The position numbers and the translations under genes were made by a program. A DNA stretch of 64,000 bases from Leucoraja erinacea (taxonomy: Eukaryota), in the NCBI RefSeq assembly GCF_028641065.1, contig NC_073391.1:25544001-25608000 (forward strand), given 5' to 3'. Positions 49,397 to 63,689 of the stretch are shown here, piece by piece (positions within the stretch are counted from its first letter, which is position 1; every line of letters begins with the position of its first letter). The notes beneath the pieces were generated by a model. The model worked only from the letters and a program-made list of their open reading frames with translations, was not told the origin of the DNA and ran no database searches.

Positions 49397-50722
49397 CAGT
49401 GCCCTCCATAATGTTTGGGACAAAGACCGATCATTTATTTATTTGCCTCTGTACTCCACAATTTGTTATTTGTAATAGAAAACAAAAAATCACATGTGGT
49501 TAAAGTGCACATTGCCAAATTTTGTTAAAGGGCATTTTTATACATTTTTGTTTCACCATGTAGAAATTACAGCTGTGTTTATACATCGTCCCCCCATGTC
49601 AGGACACCATAATGTTTGGGACACATGGCTTTGCAGACTTTTGTAATTGTTTAGGTGTGTCTAATTGCCTCCCTAATGCAGGTATAAGAGAGCTCTCAGC
49701 ACCTAGTCTTTCCTCCAGTCTTTGGAAACGTTTATTGCTGTTTATTATCAACACGAGGACCAAAGTTGTGCTGATGAAAATCAAAGAAGCCATTATGAGA
49801 CTGTGAAACAAGACTAAAACTGTTAGAGACATCAGCTAAACCTTAGGCTTACCAAAATCAACTGTTTGGAACATCATTAAGAAGAAAGAGAGCACTGGTG
49901 AGCTTACTAATCACAAAGGGACTGGCAGGCCAAGGAAGACCTCCACAGTTGATGACAGACGGATTCTCTCTATAATAAAGAAAAATCCCCAAACTCCTAC
50001 CCGACAAATCAGGAACACTCTTCAGGAGTCAGGTGTGGATTTGTCAATGACCACTGTCCGCAGAAGACTTCATGAACAGAAATACAGAGGCTACACTGCA
50101 AGATGCAAACCACTGGTTAGCCACAAAAATAGGGTGGCCAGGTTACAGTTTGCCATGAAGTACTTAAAAGAGCAACCACAGTTCTGGGAAAAAGTCTTGT
50201 GGACAGATGATACAAAGATTAACTTATAGCAGATTGATGGCATGAACAAAGAATGGAGGCGAGACGGAACTGCCCAAGATCCAAAGCATACCACATCATC
50301 TGTCATACATGGTGGTGGGGTGTTATGGCGTAGGCATGTATGGCTGCTGAACGTACTGTACTGACTCACTTCTCTTCATTAATGGTACAACTGCTGATGG
50401 TAGTAGCATAATGACTTCTGGGGTGTATAGACACATCCTAGCTGCTCAAGTTCAAACAAATGCTTCAAAACATTGGCCGGCGGTTCACTCTACAGCAAGA
50501 CAATGATACCAAACATACTGCTAAAGCAACAAAGGAGTTTTTCAAAGCTAAAAAAATGTTCAATTCTTGAATGGCCAAGTCAATCACCCGATCTGAACCC
50601 AATTGAGCATGCCTTTTATATGTTGAATGGAAAACTGAAGGGGACTAGCCCCCAAAACAAGCATAAGCTAAAGATGGCTGCAATACAGGTCTGGCAGAGC
50701 ATCACCAGAGAAGACACCCAGC
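49397..50722 (+). mobile_element. Tc1-family (DD34E, IR/DR type) transposon fossil, right end missing
   Basis: TA|CAGTGCCCTCCATAATGTTTGGGAC left end with inner direct repeat ccataatgtttgggac at ~49607; transposase pseudogene from ~49753 with GRPRK, WTD(D)TK, QDNDTKH...WPSQSPDLNPIE (34 residues D to E after correcting a frameshift); stops and frameshifts; cut by a CR1 tail at ~50725. Confidence 0.93.
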
Positions 50723-53700
50723 AGCAGACAATAGACAATAGTTGCAGGAGTAGGCCATTTGGCCCTTTGAGCCAGCAACGCCATTCAATATGATCATGGC
50801 TGATCATCCCCAATCAGTACCTCGTTCCTGCCTTCTCCCCATATTCCCCAACCGCTTTCTTTTTGAAGTTAATTTAGAAGTTAGGTACTATTTAGCTATA
50901 CATCAGAGCAGAAATCAGGTTTATATGCCTGGAAAAAATTGCCTTGCAAACATCAAGAATTATGACACCAGTAGCAAATTAGTTTGGTAGTTTTGAGCAC
51001 AATTCCGATTATATTTTATATAACCCAGAGGGGTGAGCGTTATTAAATTTGAAATTAAAAAATGCTTGAAGTGCTCAGTCAGAAAGCATCCAGTCATAAA
51101 ATAAGCATTAAACTTGTCATATTCAGAAAATATTACATGCAGTAGGTTTTTGCTCATGTATAGACAATCAAGAAAAGGAGTGCAAAGTTTGGAAGAAGAA
51201 ATTAAATGATAGAGGGGATTCTGATGCAGAGCAATAAACAAAGTCTAAAAGAGCTTCAAATTGCAACAAAAGTATTTGTTCAAAAATGTGGTTATGATCT
51301 AAAATAGGGAAACTAGATGTGCTACCCTGAAGGTCACAAGGAGTCTAAAATGACCAGCACCTTTTAGAGCTCTTTCAGAATATCAAGAGGGAACATTTAA
51401 AAAAGTTATCATTGACAGAGTAGAAAACAGCAACTAATTTTTGCACAGAAAGTTGAAATGTAGATACCAATTGTTCGATAATCCTTTCCAGAAACACCAA
51501 TTTGGGAATTAACATTAGCCTGGAGATAAAACCTCTGCCTTTTGAAATGGTGCCAGAGAACCTTTAGGTCTTCCTGAGAGAGGGGCGAGACTTTGGTTTC
51601 CTTTTTCAAGAAAAGATGGTTCCCCAGATGGTGTTCTTATACTTGCATGAAGTCCTATGGCAGGCAGAATATTGAGTATTGGAAGGATGGTATTGTCAAC
51701 TACAGGCATTTCTTAAACAATGCTAAAATGGGAGTTCATATGTTCACAGGTCATAAGAGTAGAATTAGGACATTCAGCCCATCAAGTCCACTCTGCCATT
51801 TCATTGTGACTGATCCATCTTCCCCTTTCAAGCCCATTCTCCTGCATTATCCCCGTAACCTTTGACACAGTTACTAATCATGAACCATTCAATCTTAGTT
51901 TTAAAAATACACAAAGACTGCCTCCACAGCCCATCTTTGGCAATGAATTCTCCAGATTCAAATTATTATTTGTCTGGAACAAGCAACTGAAGGCAAAATC
52001 TCACTTCCTTATTTTCAAGAAACATTTTAGTTTTCTCATTTGGTGCATTCACATCCATTACAGTTTATAACTATTACACTGTTCCGCGTTTTATGGAGTC
52101 ATTATGATAGTGGTATCCAATTTAATGACATCCAGAAGAAATAATCAAAGTTATCCCCTTGGGTATGAATCCACAAAACCCGGCTGGACACAGATTATAC
52201 CTCCTACCAGCTGCAGACCGCCTGGCCACCATACCATTTGACACATTTATAGTTAAAAAAGACTATTTCAAACCAAATACAATAGTGCATCATGGGGAAA
52301 TGGTTAACATACTTTCAGCTGTATTCTGGTTAAGCCAACTTAAGGCAATAAACCTGCGGCCAGCTGAACATATCCGGTGTTCAATGCAGTCATCTTTCGA
52401 GCTGATGTTTAACCTCGTGTTAGTCACTGCATGCCAGTGACTAATAAGAGTGAGCAATGCAGAATATACAAAGTAGCACATTTCACAATCTTAAACCATT
52501 CCAAACTGTTTTGCAATTAATGATATTTAAGCTTAGTCATCGTTGCGATATACAAAAAAGGTGCAGCTAATTTGCGCAAATTTGTTCCCACAAACAATGC
52601 AATCAGATTAAGACCATTTTTTGAGCTTGATTTAATATTTTCATTCTGAAGGCATCAGCTCCAAGTGAGGCACTTAATTAATTGCAAGTTTGAACACACT
52701 CCTTAATGCGTTTCAATTTCTGTAGTGGTTCCTAAGCCTACAATCTATCGATTTTGTAGACAAGATTCCTCAGCAAACTTGACAGGATCATTTGATGCAA
52801 CACCAGTCTTCTGAAAATCAGCAATGATATTAATGCTCGGGAATGTGAGAAAAACAAAACTATGCAAGTTAGGTGATGCAGTATTTAATTGGTAGTTACC
52901 AGGGAAATTAAGAATGACTAACTACCGATGGAAATTACAATCCTGTAATAGTATAAAACAAGTTTAAAAGTTAGGATTATATTGAAAGAACATGCATTTT
53001 TGTATAACACCCACATATTTACAATCAATGCAATATGCTTGACATTTGGGTATTACCTATTGCAATTTATTTGGTTTAGAAATACTATGTACTAGAAACC
53101 AAACAAGCGTAACTATTTGAAGCATAACTAAAAAAATGAAAGATAGACACAAAATGCTGGAGTAACTCAGCGGGACAGGCAGTATCTCTGGAGCAAAGGA
53201 ATGTGGACGTCACGGGTCAAGACCCTTCTTCAGTAAACAATAAAGGTGTGCTGTTTGTGTGAAGTTTACATGATCTTCCTGAAGCTCCATTAGTTTCTCT
53301 GGCATCCTCCAAACCCCAAAGACATGCAAATTGGCAATTGCACTTGAGGTAAAGATGAATGGCAGAATGTGTAGAGTGTTATTGGGAATGGGGGTGGGGG
53401 GGGGGGGGGCGAGGAGAAGGGAGAGGGAGACTAATAGAGATTTCCTGTAAATAGGTGCACAATGATCAACATAAATTCAGAAGTCATAGGAGCAGAATTA
53501 TGGCATTTGGCTCATCAATTCCACTTCGCCATTCAATCATGACTGATCAATCTCTCCTTCTCCTGCCTTCTCCCTGTAACCTTTGACACCCTTACTACTC
53601 AAGTAACTGTCTATCTTTATTTTAAAAATACCCAAAGACTTGGCCTCCACAGCCGTCAGTGATAATGAATTCCACAAATTCACAGATTCATGGACTTGCT

Positions 53701-54830
53701 GGGGCAAACAGCCCATTTCGTGCTGCACAGGAATATGCCTGGTTCTCTTGAACAGGAAACATTAGGGTCAGCTGCATAAGGACGCAAAACAACTTTTCCA
53801 AAGTTACTTTTCAATATTTAAAATGGATAATTTATTTTGGCATATAATTTCACTTAAGATGATGGAAATTTCATGTTATGCAACTTAAAGACTATGAAAA
53901 TGCCACACCTGTACAAAGGACAAATATATTGCTTGTAAGCACTACATTTTCCAATAAATAACTATTCACAAGCTGATAAATGAATTTGTTAAAATATTCT
54001 TAACAGATTTAGCAAACTTATTAAGTACCATTTGTACAAATGTGATCTTTTCCCTTCAGCATTTATTGACAAAAACACCAAAACAGTGTTGCACCGAACA
54101 TTATTCCATTTATCCTGTGTCTGTACATTGTGGATGGCTGGATTGTAATCATGTATAGTCTTTCCGCTGACTGGATAGCACACAACAAAAACGTTTTTCA
54201 CTGTACCTCGGTACATGTGACAATAAACTAAACACAGTAGGTCAGCAGCATCTGTGGAGATGAAGGAATGGTTGATATTTCGGATAACCAGTCCTGATAC
54301 GGGGGTCTGGACCCAAAGTATCAACCATCCCTTTCCTTCACAGATGCTGCTTAACATGTGAAGAATTTCAAGATTGCAGATGCTAAAATCTTTAGCAACA
54401 CAAACAAAAAAACTAGAGGAACAGAGTGAGTCACACAATAGAACGAAATGGACAGATTACATTTTCTCCCACAGATGTTGCCTAACCCACTGAGTTCCCT
54501 CAAGTGCATTCTTCCAGCCATGTGCTTCAATGCTCAAATGATTGGCTAATAAGCAAATCAAACCGTCAAGCAATGATTAGATTACCCAATTAAAAACAAT
54601 ATATTAAATTCTGCATTACAATAAAGTATGAACAAAAATACGAGTTTTCCATTATGCTAAATGTCATATTAATGAACATTCTGATCTATTGATTATTGAT
54701 AAAGTTTTATCAAAACTTCTAGCTGAGTGGCTAAACATTTGCTAATGTATCGACCAACTGAGATGCTGGCAATCGGGCTATTATTAAACATTAAAAATTC
54801 AAAATGCTAAAATATTTTGCAAACAAAGTT

Positions 54831-55785
54831 GTCGGAAGTGGCGGCGCTGCCCTGGCAGCAGTGGCTCGCCTGCAGTCCGTTTGTTTTTACTTTTTTTGTG
54901 TTGTTTTTTTTTCGTTTTGTCTAGTTAAGTTTTTGTTTTTTAGGTTGTGTTTATGGGGGGGGGGGGGGGGGTTGAAACGGGGCTTGCTGTCTCTCCTTTC
55001 GGGGGAATGCGACTTTTTTGTCGTATCCCCCTTCTCTGCCTCCGTCTACGCTGAGGCCTAATGGCGGAGCTGGAGACCTCGAGACTCCGGGGGCAGAGCC
55101 AGTCAGGACTTGCCCTGGGCTCGCTCCCGTGAGGGCGGCCCAAGCTCGGGGCTGGAACGGCACTCTCGTGAGGGGCTGTGACGCTCCCGCGAGGGCGGGC
55201 TGAGACTCTCCCGTGAGGGGCTGTGGCGCTCCCGTCAGAGCGGCCCAGCTCGAGGGAGGTACGGCGCTCCCGTCGGAGCGACCCAGCTCGAGGGAGGTAC
55301 GGTGCTCCCGTCGGAGCGGCCCAGCTCGAGGGAGGAACGACACTCACGTGAGGGCGATCCTGCTCGGGGCTGGAACAGTGCTCCGGTGGCTGGGACGGCG
55401 TTCTGGCGGCGGTGACCTGAGTCCGGGGTTCAGCCGCGGGCTAGTGGCTGCGTCCGCTGGACTGGAGGGCAGCAGCTTCAACCACCCCGGGCCGCGGTGT
55501 TTGAGCCGGCCCGTTTGCGGTGTTCATGAGCCGAGGGACTGTTTGTACCATCGCCCGGTGGGGTATCGCCTCAGCGCAGAGGGAGAAGAGGAGGGCAGAG
55601 ACTGCAGCCCTAAGATTTTTGCCTTCACCACAGTGAGGAGGTGCTTGGGGGACTCACTGTGGTGGATGTTAATTTGTGTTTATTGTTGTTTATTATTGTA
55701 TTATTGTATGTATGACTGCAGGCACGAAATTTCGTTCAGACCGTAAGGTCTGAATGACAATAAAGGTAATTCTATTCTATTCTGA
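54831..55785 (+). mobile_element. GC-rich non-autonomous retroposon with internal ~33-bp tandem repeat, related to 47366-47595
   Basis: Similar head (gtggcggcgc...gcagtccgtttgt) and tail (gtatgactgcag...aaatttcgttcagacc-gtaa-ggtctgaatgacaataaa) plus (ttcta)n; internal repeats gctcccgtcggagcggcccagctcgagggaggtacgg at ~55110-55390; CpGs intact. Confidence 0.7.
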
Positions 55786-56109
55786 ATAAGTGACATTCCT
55801 GAATATTTAGAATACAATTGTAAAATTTCAAAATGAGACATCTTAAATTCAAATGACCATTTGACTTGTACATTTAAGATATAGTATTGAAAAGTTCTAT
55901 TCCTTTTAAACCTGACCCCCAAAAAATCTTGCTATACTACTATCAATCTGTGAAGAAAGTTACATAGTCATCAATGATGTAATTTTCAGGTGAAGGTATA
56001 GTCTTCAATTAGTTAGTTTTCAAATAACTGATGGAGCATTAGCAGCTCAATAGGATAAACCATTTGAATAAATAAATTGCAAAACTCAATACAAATCTTA
56101 AAAGCTGTC

Positions 56110-56390
56110 AGTCATAGAGTGATACAGTGTGGAAACAGGCCCTTCGGCCCAACTTGCCTTCACCGGCCAACATGTCCCAGCTACATTAGTCCTACCTGCC
56201 TACGTTTGGCCAATATCCCTCCAAACCTCTCCTATCCGTGTACTTGTCTAACAGTTTCTTAAACGTTGGGATAAGCCTCAACTACCTCATCTGGCAGGTT
56301 GTTCCACACACCCACCACCTATGAAACTATGAAAAAGTTACCCCTCAAATTCCTATTAAATCTTTTCTCCTTCACCTTGAACCTATGTAA
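56110..56390 (-). mobile_element. CR1 3' end fragment
   Basis: Near-identical to 30-240 (agagtgatacagtgtggaaacaggccc...). Confidence 0.85.
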
Positions 56391-59309
56391 TTTTCATTAT
56401 GTTTACAAAACATGGAGCATAGTCATGGAGAAACTTTTATGGGTGATTTATGATCATTTAATTCATAGTTGCATGTAATAATCATGATATTAAACTTAAC
56501 TAATTTGAAGTTTATTTTATAACCTGCACAGCTACTCCCAGTCTCATACTACGATGAGCAATGAGCCTTTCCCCATAGTTTGTGTTGGTGATGGCATAGT
56601 CATTTGTATAATAATAATAATAATAACTATAATAGCACCAGGTTAACGCTTCCGCCTCCTACCTATAAACTATACTGCATGGAGGGACAAAGTTTGGACA
56701 AGCAAATATTTAGCAGCACATAAACGACACGTTGAGACTTAATTTGCCGTTAAATTTGTCTGGAAGAACATTGTTGCTCTAACCACAAATATCTAACAAC
56801 AAAATTAAGATATATTCACGTTGATTGGATTTTTTAGTCCACAAAGATCAATCAACATGAAATAAAATATTATGGAGGAAAGTAAATTAATTTTGTTTTG
56901 CAAAGTAGAATGTAGAGCAGAGAAAGGATAGTTTAATTGCAAATTAAGCAGATTTATCAGTCATGTTAAAATGCCAACACAGATAGGGTCAAATGATAAA
57001 TTGGGGCAGATTTTAAAGAACACACAAGCTCTTGGGCAGAATTAACTTTCATTTACAGTTTTGTGGGAAGTATTTATTACGGAGATTCAATTTCTCAGCT
57101 CATTGACTCCAAACTGAACTGGAATTGGAGGCAACTCTCGCATCAGCAAGGATTTAGGCTTTTCAGCATGCATTTCAGAGGGTCAGTTGTTCTCCTGAGG
57201 GAAATGGTATTAGAAATGATAGATGAAGAAATTGTTATAGTTAAAAAAAAAAAATCAAACTCCTGGTACGCATGTAGAATGAACGTAGCTGGTACATCGG
57301 AGCTCGGGGACGTCTCTTAGCGGCTCGTAACGCTAACGGCAGGTACTTGGGAAACGCAGTAAGCTCAGGAAGACTCGAAGATTTTTCAACATGTTGAAAA
57401 ATATCCACGAGTGCCCCGAGTACCTACGAGAAGCCATTACCGTAAATCTCCGAGTTCGAATCAGGGCAAACTCTGGAGAACTCTTGAATGAACTCGTACA
57501 GTGGGACAGGGCTATTAACCTCACATGTCAGGTACTTTCTTCAGACTGTTGCCATTACAGAGAATAAACACCACTAATTGGCACAATTGTATGATGAAGT
57601 TTATTGCCACTGCATGTTAAGAACAGGAATAGTGATGTTCTACATCCCAAATGGCTGAGAAACTATTATTGGATAATCTGCAAGACTAAGTATGGTCCCA
57701 GAAGGGCTGATATGATGCAGACCTTGAATAAGTGTACATATCAGCATTTATGGCTTTACAAGATCACCAATATGACTTTACACTGAATTAAATACAACTG
57801 TGATTAGTGCAAAACCATGCAAAATGTTTTGGCACATTCCAATGAACCATTCAGTAATACTCTTATTTTTAAAAAGCCAAACTTTGCTGCCAAGTAAGAA
57901 ATCCAAATAAGCAAGCAGTGAATGCGACAAGAAACACTACATTCGTCCCATTCATTTCTATGATCCAAAAATGGTATTGGCATTTCAATATATCAACAAG
58001 ACAATTCATGTACTAGATATTCACATTATGGAATTGAGTAGATGGAGCCAAGATTGCATGCAAACCTAGAGACTTGCAATAACGCTGTTATGAAAAGAGA
58101 TCACACTTCCTAAATACTACAATTTTTACCAATACATCTCAAATCACCACAACGAGAGGTCTTATATTAACCAATATCCTTAAATTAACTAAAATCAACA
58201 TTTTGTCAAAAGAAATACAAGGAACTGCTGATGCTGGTTCACAAAAAAAGCTAGTGCTGGAGTAACTCAGCAGGTCAGTCAGCATCTCTGGAGAACATGG
58301 ATAAGTGATGTTTTGGAAGCAGTGCACATTTGGCATGACTCTCAGCAAGATTTTGACATTCAACCTGGAAAACTGATGAGCTAGGATAAGGCATTAAAAG
58401 TTACACCGCTGAATCTATTCGGAATTCAATTTTTTAAATTAGTTTCAATATTGCTGATCTACTTCTCCTAATGAAGGGCCACTATCTTATGTTACAAGTA
58501 GAGCAAACATGTGCACTACAGGGAACTTCATACAGCAGTCCATCCATAAACTTTTGTTTCATTTGTTCATTGACCACATTACAGATTTACTGAAATTCAA
58601 GCCTCCAGTTCAAAAACGTTCAAACAGGAATCATCTCCTTACAAAACAATGGGAACGATAGAGAACAAAGTTCTAGATCCACCAAAAAGAGAATAATGGT
58701 ATGCAGTAGGTGAGAAGCATTTAGAAAAGGCATCATTAGTCACATTGTTACTAGTGGCAATATGGATAGATTGCTCTTTTGAAAATCATGCTTGAAAATA
58801 ATAAAAATATATATTAAAAGGCTTTTATCATAGAAATTGTAAAGCAATTCATACCATTTTATTCAAGCAAATTTAAAAAATACTATGCAGATTACAATCC
58901 ATAAATGAACCAAAGTCGTGTGCCAAATGACTTACAGAATCTTACGCTGCTTAAAATTTGGATAGACATCTTGTGCATATCAAGTAACAAATGCGGACTT
59001 GACTTTGTTACAGTTAACAACTACCAGATTGTGCAGAATAATGTATTCACATTGTACCTTTTGAATTGTATAGTACAAGCAGGTTTAAAACAACACATGC
59101 TCAAAATTTGCTATATATCCAACAATTTCCTCATTATTTAAAACCCGTGCGCAGGAAGTCATTCCACCTTAACTAAACAAAGCATGCTGGAAACACTCAA
59201 CAAGTCAGGAGGAATGGTGGAAAGATAAACAGAGTCAACATTTCACATTGAATACCTTTCTCTTTCCACACATGCTGCCTGACTCACCAGGCATTTCCCA
59301 TTTTTATTT

Positions 59310-59940
59310 CAGGCAGGGTGACTGGGATAGTTTGAGTGAGTGGGCAGATGCATGGCAGATGCAGTATAAATTTGAAGGCAAGAACATGAAGACAGATTAT
59401 TATCAGAATTGTGTCAGATTAGGAAAAGGGAAGGTGCAATGAGACCTGGGTGCCCTTGTACATCAGTCACTGAAAGTAAGCATGCAGGTACAGCAGGCAG
59501 TGAAGAAAACAAATTGCATGTTGGCCTTTATAGCAAGAGGATTTGAGTACAGGAGCAAGGAGGTCCTACTGCAGTTGTACAGGGCCATGGTGAGGCTGCA
59601 CCTGGAGTATTGTGTGCAGTTTTGGTCTCCTAGTTTGAGGAAGGACATTCTTGCTATTGAGGGAGTGCAGCAAAGATTCACCAGGTTAATTCACAGGATG
59701 GCTGGACTGACATATGAAGAAAGAATGGATCTGCTGGGCTTATATTCACTGGAATTTAGAAGGATGAGAGGGCTTTTATAGAAACATAAAATTATTAAGG
59801 GATTGGACAGGTTAGGTGCAGGAAAATTGGTCCTGATGTTAGGGGAGTCCAGAACCAGAAGTCACAATTTAAGAATAATGGGTAGGCCATTTAAAACTGA
59901 GATGAGGAAAAACGTTTTCACCTAATTTCTATGTTTCTAT
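59310..59940 (+). mobile_element. CR1 3' fragment, same subfamily as 11195-12660
   Basis: MQVQQAVKKTNCMLAFIARGFEYRSKEVLLQLYRAMVRLHLEYCVQFWSP...; ttctatgtttctat tail. Confidence 0.9.
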
Positions 59941-59998
59941 CCAGCATCTGCAGCTTTCTGAATTTCAACCATTCTACCCAAACTATAGTAGCTGATAA

Positions 59999-60982
59999 GG
60001 TTACACAAAAAAGCTGGAGAAACTCAGCGGGTGCAGCAGCATCCATGGAGCGAAGGAAATAGGCAACGTTTCGGGCCAAAACCCTTCTTCAGACTGATCG
60101 GGGGGGGGGGTGGGTGGGGACAAGAAAGGGAAAAGGAGGAGTAGCCAGAAGGCTGGGGGATGGGAGGAAACAGCAGGGGGGCTGAGGAAGGGGAGGAGAC
60201 AGCAAGGACTAACAAAATTGGGAGAATTCGATGTTCATGCCCCCGGGGTGCAGACTCCCCAAACGGAATATGAGGTGCTGTTCCTCCAATTTCCGGTGCT
60301 GCTCGCTGTGGCCATGGAGGAGACCCAGGACAGAGAGGTCGGAGGCGGAGTGGGAGGGGGAGTTGAAGTGCTGAGCCACTGGGAGGTCAGCTTGGTTATT
60401 GCGGACCGAGCGGAGGTGTTCGGCGAAACGATCGCCCAACCTCCGCTTGGTCTCACCGATATAGATCTGCTGACATCTAGAGCAGCGGACGCAATAGATG
60501 AGGTTGGAAGAGATGCAGGTAAACCTCTGTCGCACCTGACGATTGCTTGGGTCCTTGAACGGAGTCGAGGGGGGGTAAAGGGACAAGTGTTGCATCTCTT
60601 GCGGTTGCAAGGGAAAGTGCCCGGGGAGGGGGTGGACCTAGAGGGAAGGGAAGAATTGACAAGGGAGTTATGGAGGGAGCGGTCTTTGCGGAAGGCAGAT
60701 ATGGGGGGGATGGGAAGATGTGGCGAGTAGTGGGGTCACGTTGGAGGTGGCGAAACTGACGGAGGATTACTTTTTGTATGTGACGGCTGGTGGGGTGAAA
60801 GGTGAGGACTAGGGGGACTCGGCCCTTGTTGCGAGTGCGGGGATGGGGAGAGAGAGCAGTGTTGCGGGGTATGGAAGAGACCCTGGTGCGAGCCTCATTT
60901 ATGGTGGAGGAGGGGAACCCCCGTTCCCTGAATAGTGAGGACATTTCAGATGTCCTGGTGTGGAACGCCTCATCCGTGGAAT
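59999..60982 (-). mobile_element. 5'-truncated Penelope-like retroelement (RT C-terminus plus GIY-YIG endonuclease)
   Basis: ORFs 60477-60995 (DEAFHTRTSEMSSLFRERGFP...RVPLVLTFHP) and 60209-60610 (NLIYCVRCSRCQQIYIGETKRRLGDRFAEH...LGSLHPGGMN); 15-bp flanking repeat TATAGTAGCT[G/C]ATAA at 59984-59998 and 60983-60997. Confidence 0.93.
60062..60097 (-). ncRNA. Minimal type I hammerhead ribozyme motif in the Penelope tail
   Basis: Minus strand CAGT-CTGAAGA-AGGGTTTTGGCCC-GAAAC-GTT-GCCT: CUGANGA and GAAA boxes around stem II, palindromic AACGTT in place of stem III. Stem I is only ~2 bp, so activity is uncertain. Confidence 0.55.
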
Positions 60983-63689
60983 TATAGTAGCTCATAATAT
61001 TGATAACTCAATATAGATTGAAGCAGAGAAGCAGTGGATCAATTTTAAGCAGAAATACAAATTATCTGAATAGCGATGGATTGGAAAAGGCAGAAATGCA
61101 TCCTGGGCATCCACATCTCAATTGTATAAAATGGAGACAAGCCTTTGGCCCACTGTCTTGTTTGTAGATAAGTGGTAGAATCTGGAGGATTGGTTCGAAT
61201 ATGTCAAGAATAAATTGGGATAGGTGGGAATGCTTGATGGTTGGCATGGACTACATGGGTCAAAGGCTGGAAGTAATAAATAAAAGTTCAATATCCTAAA
61301 TACTGTTGAAAAGGATAAAGATTTTAATTACAGTAGGTTTATTTTAGAAATTAATCAGTAACACATTTAAAGACACTCAAATTTTGTATATTTCTAAGCA
61401 ATACAAAAGGAGATTTTTGTGGCTTGTTGTCAAATTTATAGAGATACACAGGAATTAATGGCAATGACAATCATGCTGAGATTAAGTGAAATTACAATCG
61501 GGATTTTCAAGACAATACAAAATATCTATTTTGCAGTTCAAAACGCCATTTAACTTGTTGCAAAAATTGCAACATACAATCATGCAGCAACGCCTTTAGG
61601 CATACATATTTGTGTATCATCAGACCACTCACTGCCAACTAAACATCCATTATTCTTATGGTTTTATCGTATGAACCATGCTCTCAAAGTTAAACCATAT
61701 GCACCACTCATTTTAAAACTACATATACACTAATTGCTCAGTTAATATGGATAATAAGGAATCCAAGAAAAACAGGACAATAATTAATTCAATACAGTAG
61801 GATGATGAATCGCTCAGCATTTTTTTAAAATATGAAAAGTTGGCCCCATATTATAGAGATGTAATCATAAGCTTGTACTTTGACCACATTTATAAAATAC
61901 ACAAAATTCCACTGCAATACAAGGTGCAAATGTGATTAAAAACACAAGAGTTTACAACTGTTCCTCTCATTGAAGCTTTTAAAGTGTTGATTATGGGAGG
62001 TTCAGTAAAAAAAAAACCCCCACTAACTTTCGTTTGTACAGTACTTTCTCTTGATTTAAAAATTCTTAATTTTCAATGAAGCAAAGAAAATGTCAAGTGG
62101 GGGGGGGGGGGGGGGGCAAGGAAGAGGAGGGAGAGAAAGAATAATTTTGGTAACTTTTATCCATACTCTTGAGAGTAATTAGGAGCAGCAACCATGATTG
62201 GTTCTGCACTTTTCTAGACAGGAGCAAGGAACCTCTCTCTCTTGCTTTAGTTGAGATCTGTTAAATCGTAAATTAGATGTCAAACCTGGAACTCCTGACT
62301 TGTATGACCTTGTGGTGTTTCACCTGGTGAGTTAACTATTAGGCTATTATCTCATAATTACCTCACAGAGTTTAGTATGACATATGAAGTGACAGAGTAA
62401 AGATAAGTACATTAGATTCCACAAGCTTTTCATTTTAAATCATGAAGCTGCAGGGAATGTGCAGGAGAAATTAAGTGTTTTCTTTGGGGCAAGGGACAAA
62501 GAGAGAACACAAGCAAGGGTAATAAATTAATTTGCAAGTTATTGACCAGTCTGAAAGAGAATGTTCACGATTTGAAATAAAGTTGGGTTTTCCTGGCTGC
62601 ATGAAAAGAGTTGAGAAGAATTGTAGAGAACATCTTATATAAAACTGAATAGTAACTGAACTTTCTGTTTCCTGCTACTTTAATTTTTATCACTATGCCT
62701 GTTAACTCCTTCACTGTTACAATGAAGTCCAAGGCAAGTTAGATATACATATCCTCTGTTTTAGAATGTTGCAGGCTTTTGGACTTCATGTCGAATTCTC
62801 CCATATTAGGTTACTTGTTTTACCTGTATCAGAACAGGCCAATTCTGGCATGTCATCCACTGATTTTTGCACGGTCTCCCTCGCTTTCACCCACCCCATT
62901 AGTACAAACCAGCTATCGTAATTCTGCTATTAATCACACATGCAACACCCACAGCTGCATAATCACCCTCTACCGTCCTAATTAACTCAATTGACCTGGT
63001 CTCTAAAGCACTGGTATAACTCAGTGGGTCATGCAGGATCTCTAGAGACCATGGATAGATGATGTTTCTGGTCATCTGACTCTTCTTCAGACCTGGTCAC
63101 ATCCTGCCACTGATATTCTCTTTGCCCTATTCATCTCCCACCATCTGCATTGCTATTTAAATATGACCTTTTTTTTTTTTGCAAATCGCCGAGTTTGGAT
63201 GAAGGCTCTTCAACCTGAAAGTGAACAATTTCTTCTCTTACAGATGCTTTGTAACCTACTGAGCTTTTCCAGCATTTTCTGTTTATATTCCAAATTTCAA
63301 GCACCTGCAGTTTAAATTTTTATTTTGCTTGCAATAATCCATACCTACTGAAGGATTAGGTAGCTTTTTAAACTTTTAAATGTGCAAGAGATTGTTCATG
63401 AAAATTTATGCGGCAAGCAAGCATTGCAAGGAAATAAAAACAATATCAAATATCAGGAGTGTTGCCATTAGGCAGTATTAATTTTAAAACTCACATACAT
63501 ATTTATCATTTGCTATTAATCATTTGGGTTTGCTGTTCTAATCTACCTCATCATATTGGTAAACAGTTCATTGTGAAATATCAAGCATTCTTTGCTAATA
63601 TGTATACAGCATGGGTTGCAAGCTTAAATTACATTTCTGGGCAATTAAATTTGGAATTAATACAATTTTACGTCTATTGTGGTCTACAT

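Noticed and set aside
50723-51300. Right TIR of the Tc1 element
   Set aside because: No reverse complement of the left TIR found after the CR1 tail; the element is truncated and inactive.
54940-55746. Overlapping 130-177 aa ORFs
   Set aside because: Products of a GC-rich ~33-bp tandem repeat inside a retroposon.
60110-60730. 206-aa plus-strand ORF
   Set aside because: Antisense shadow of the Penelope GIY-YIG coding region.
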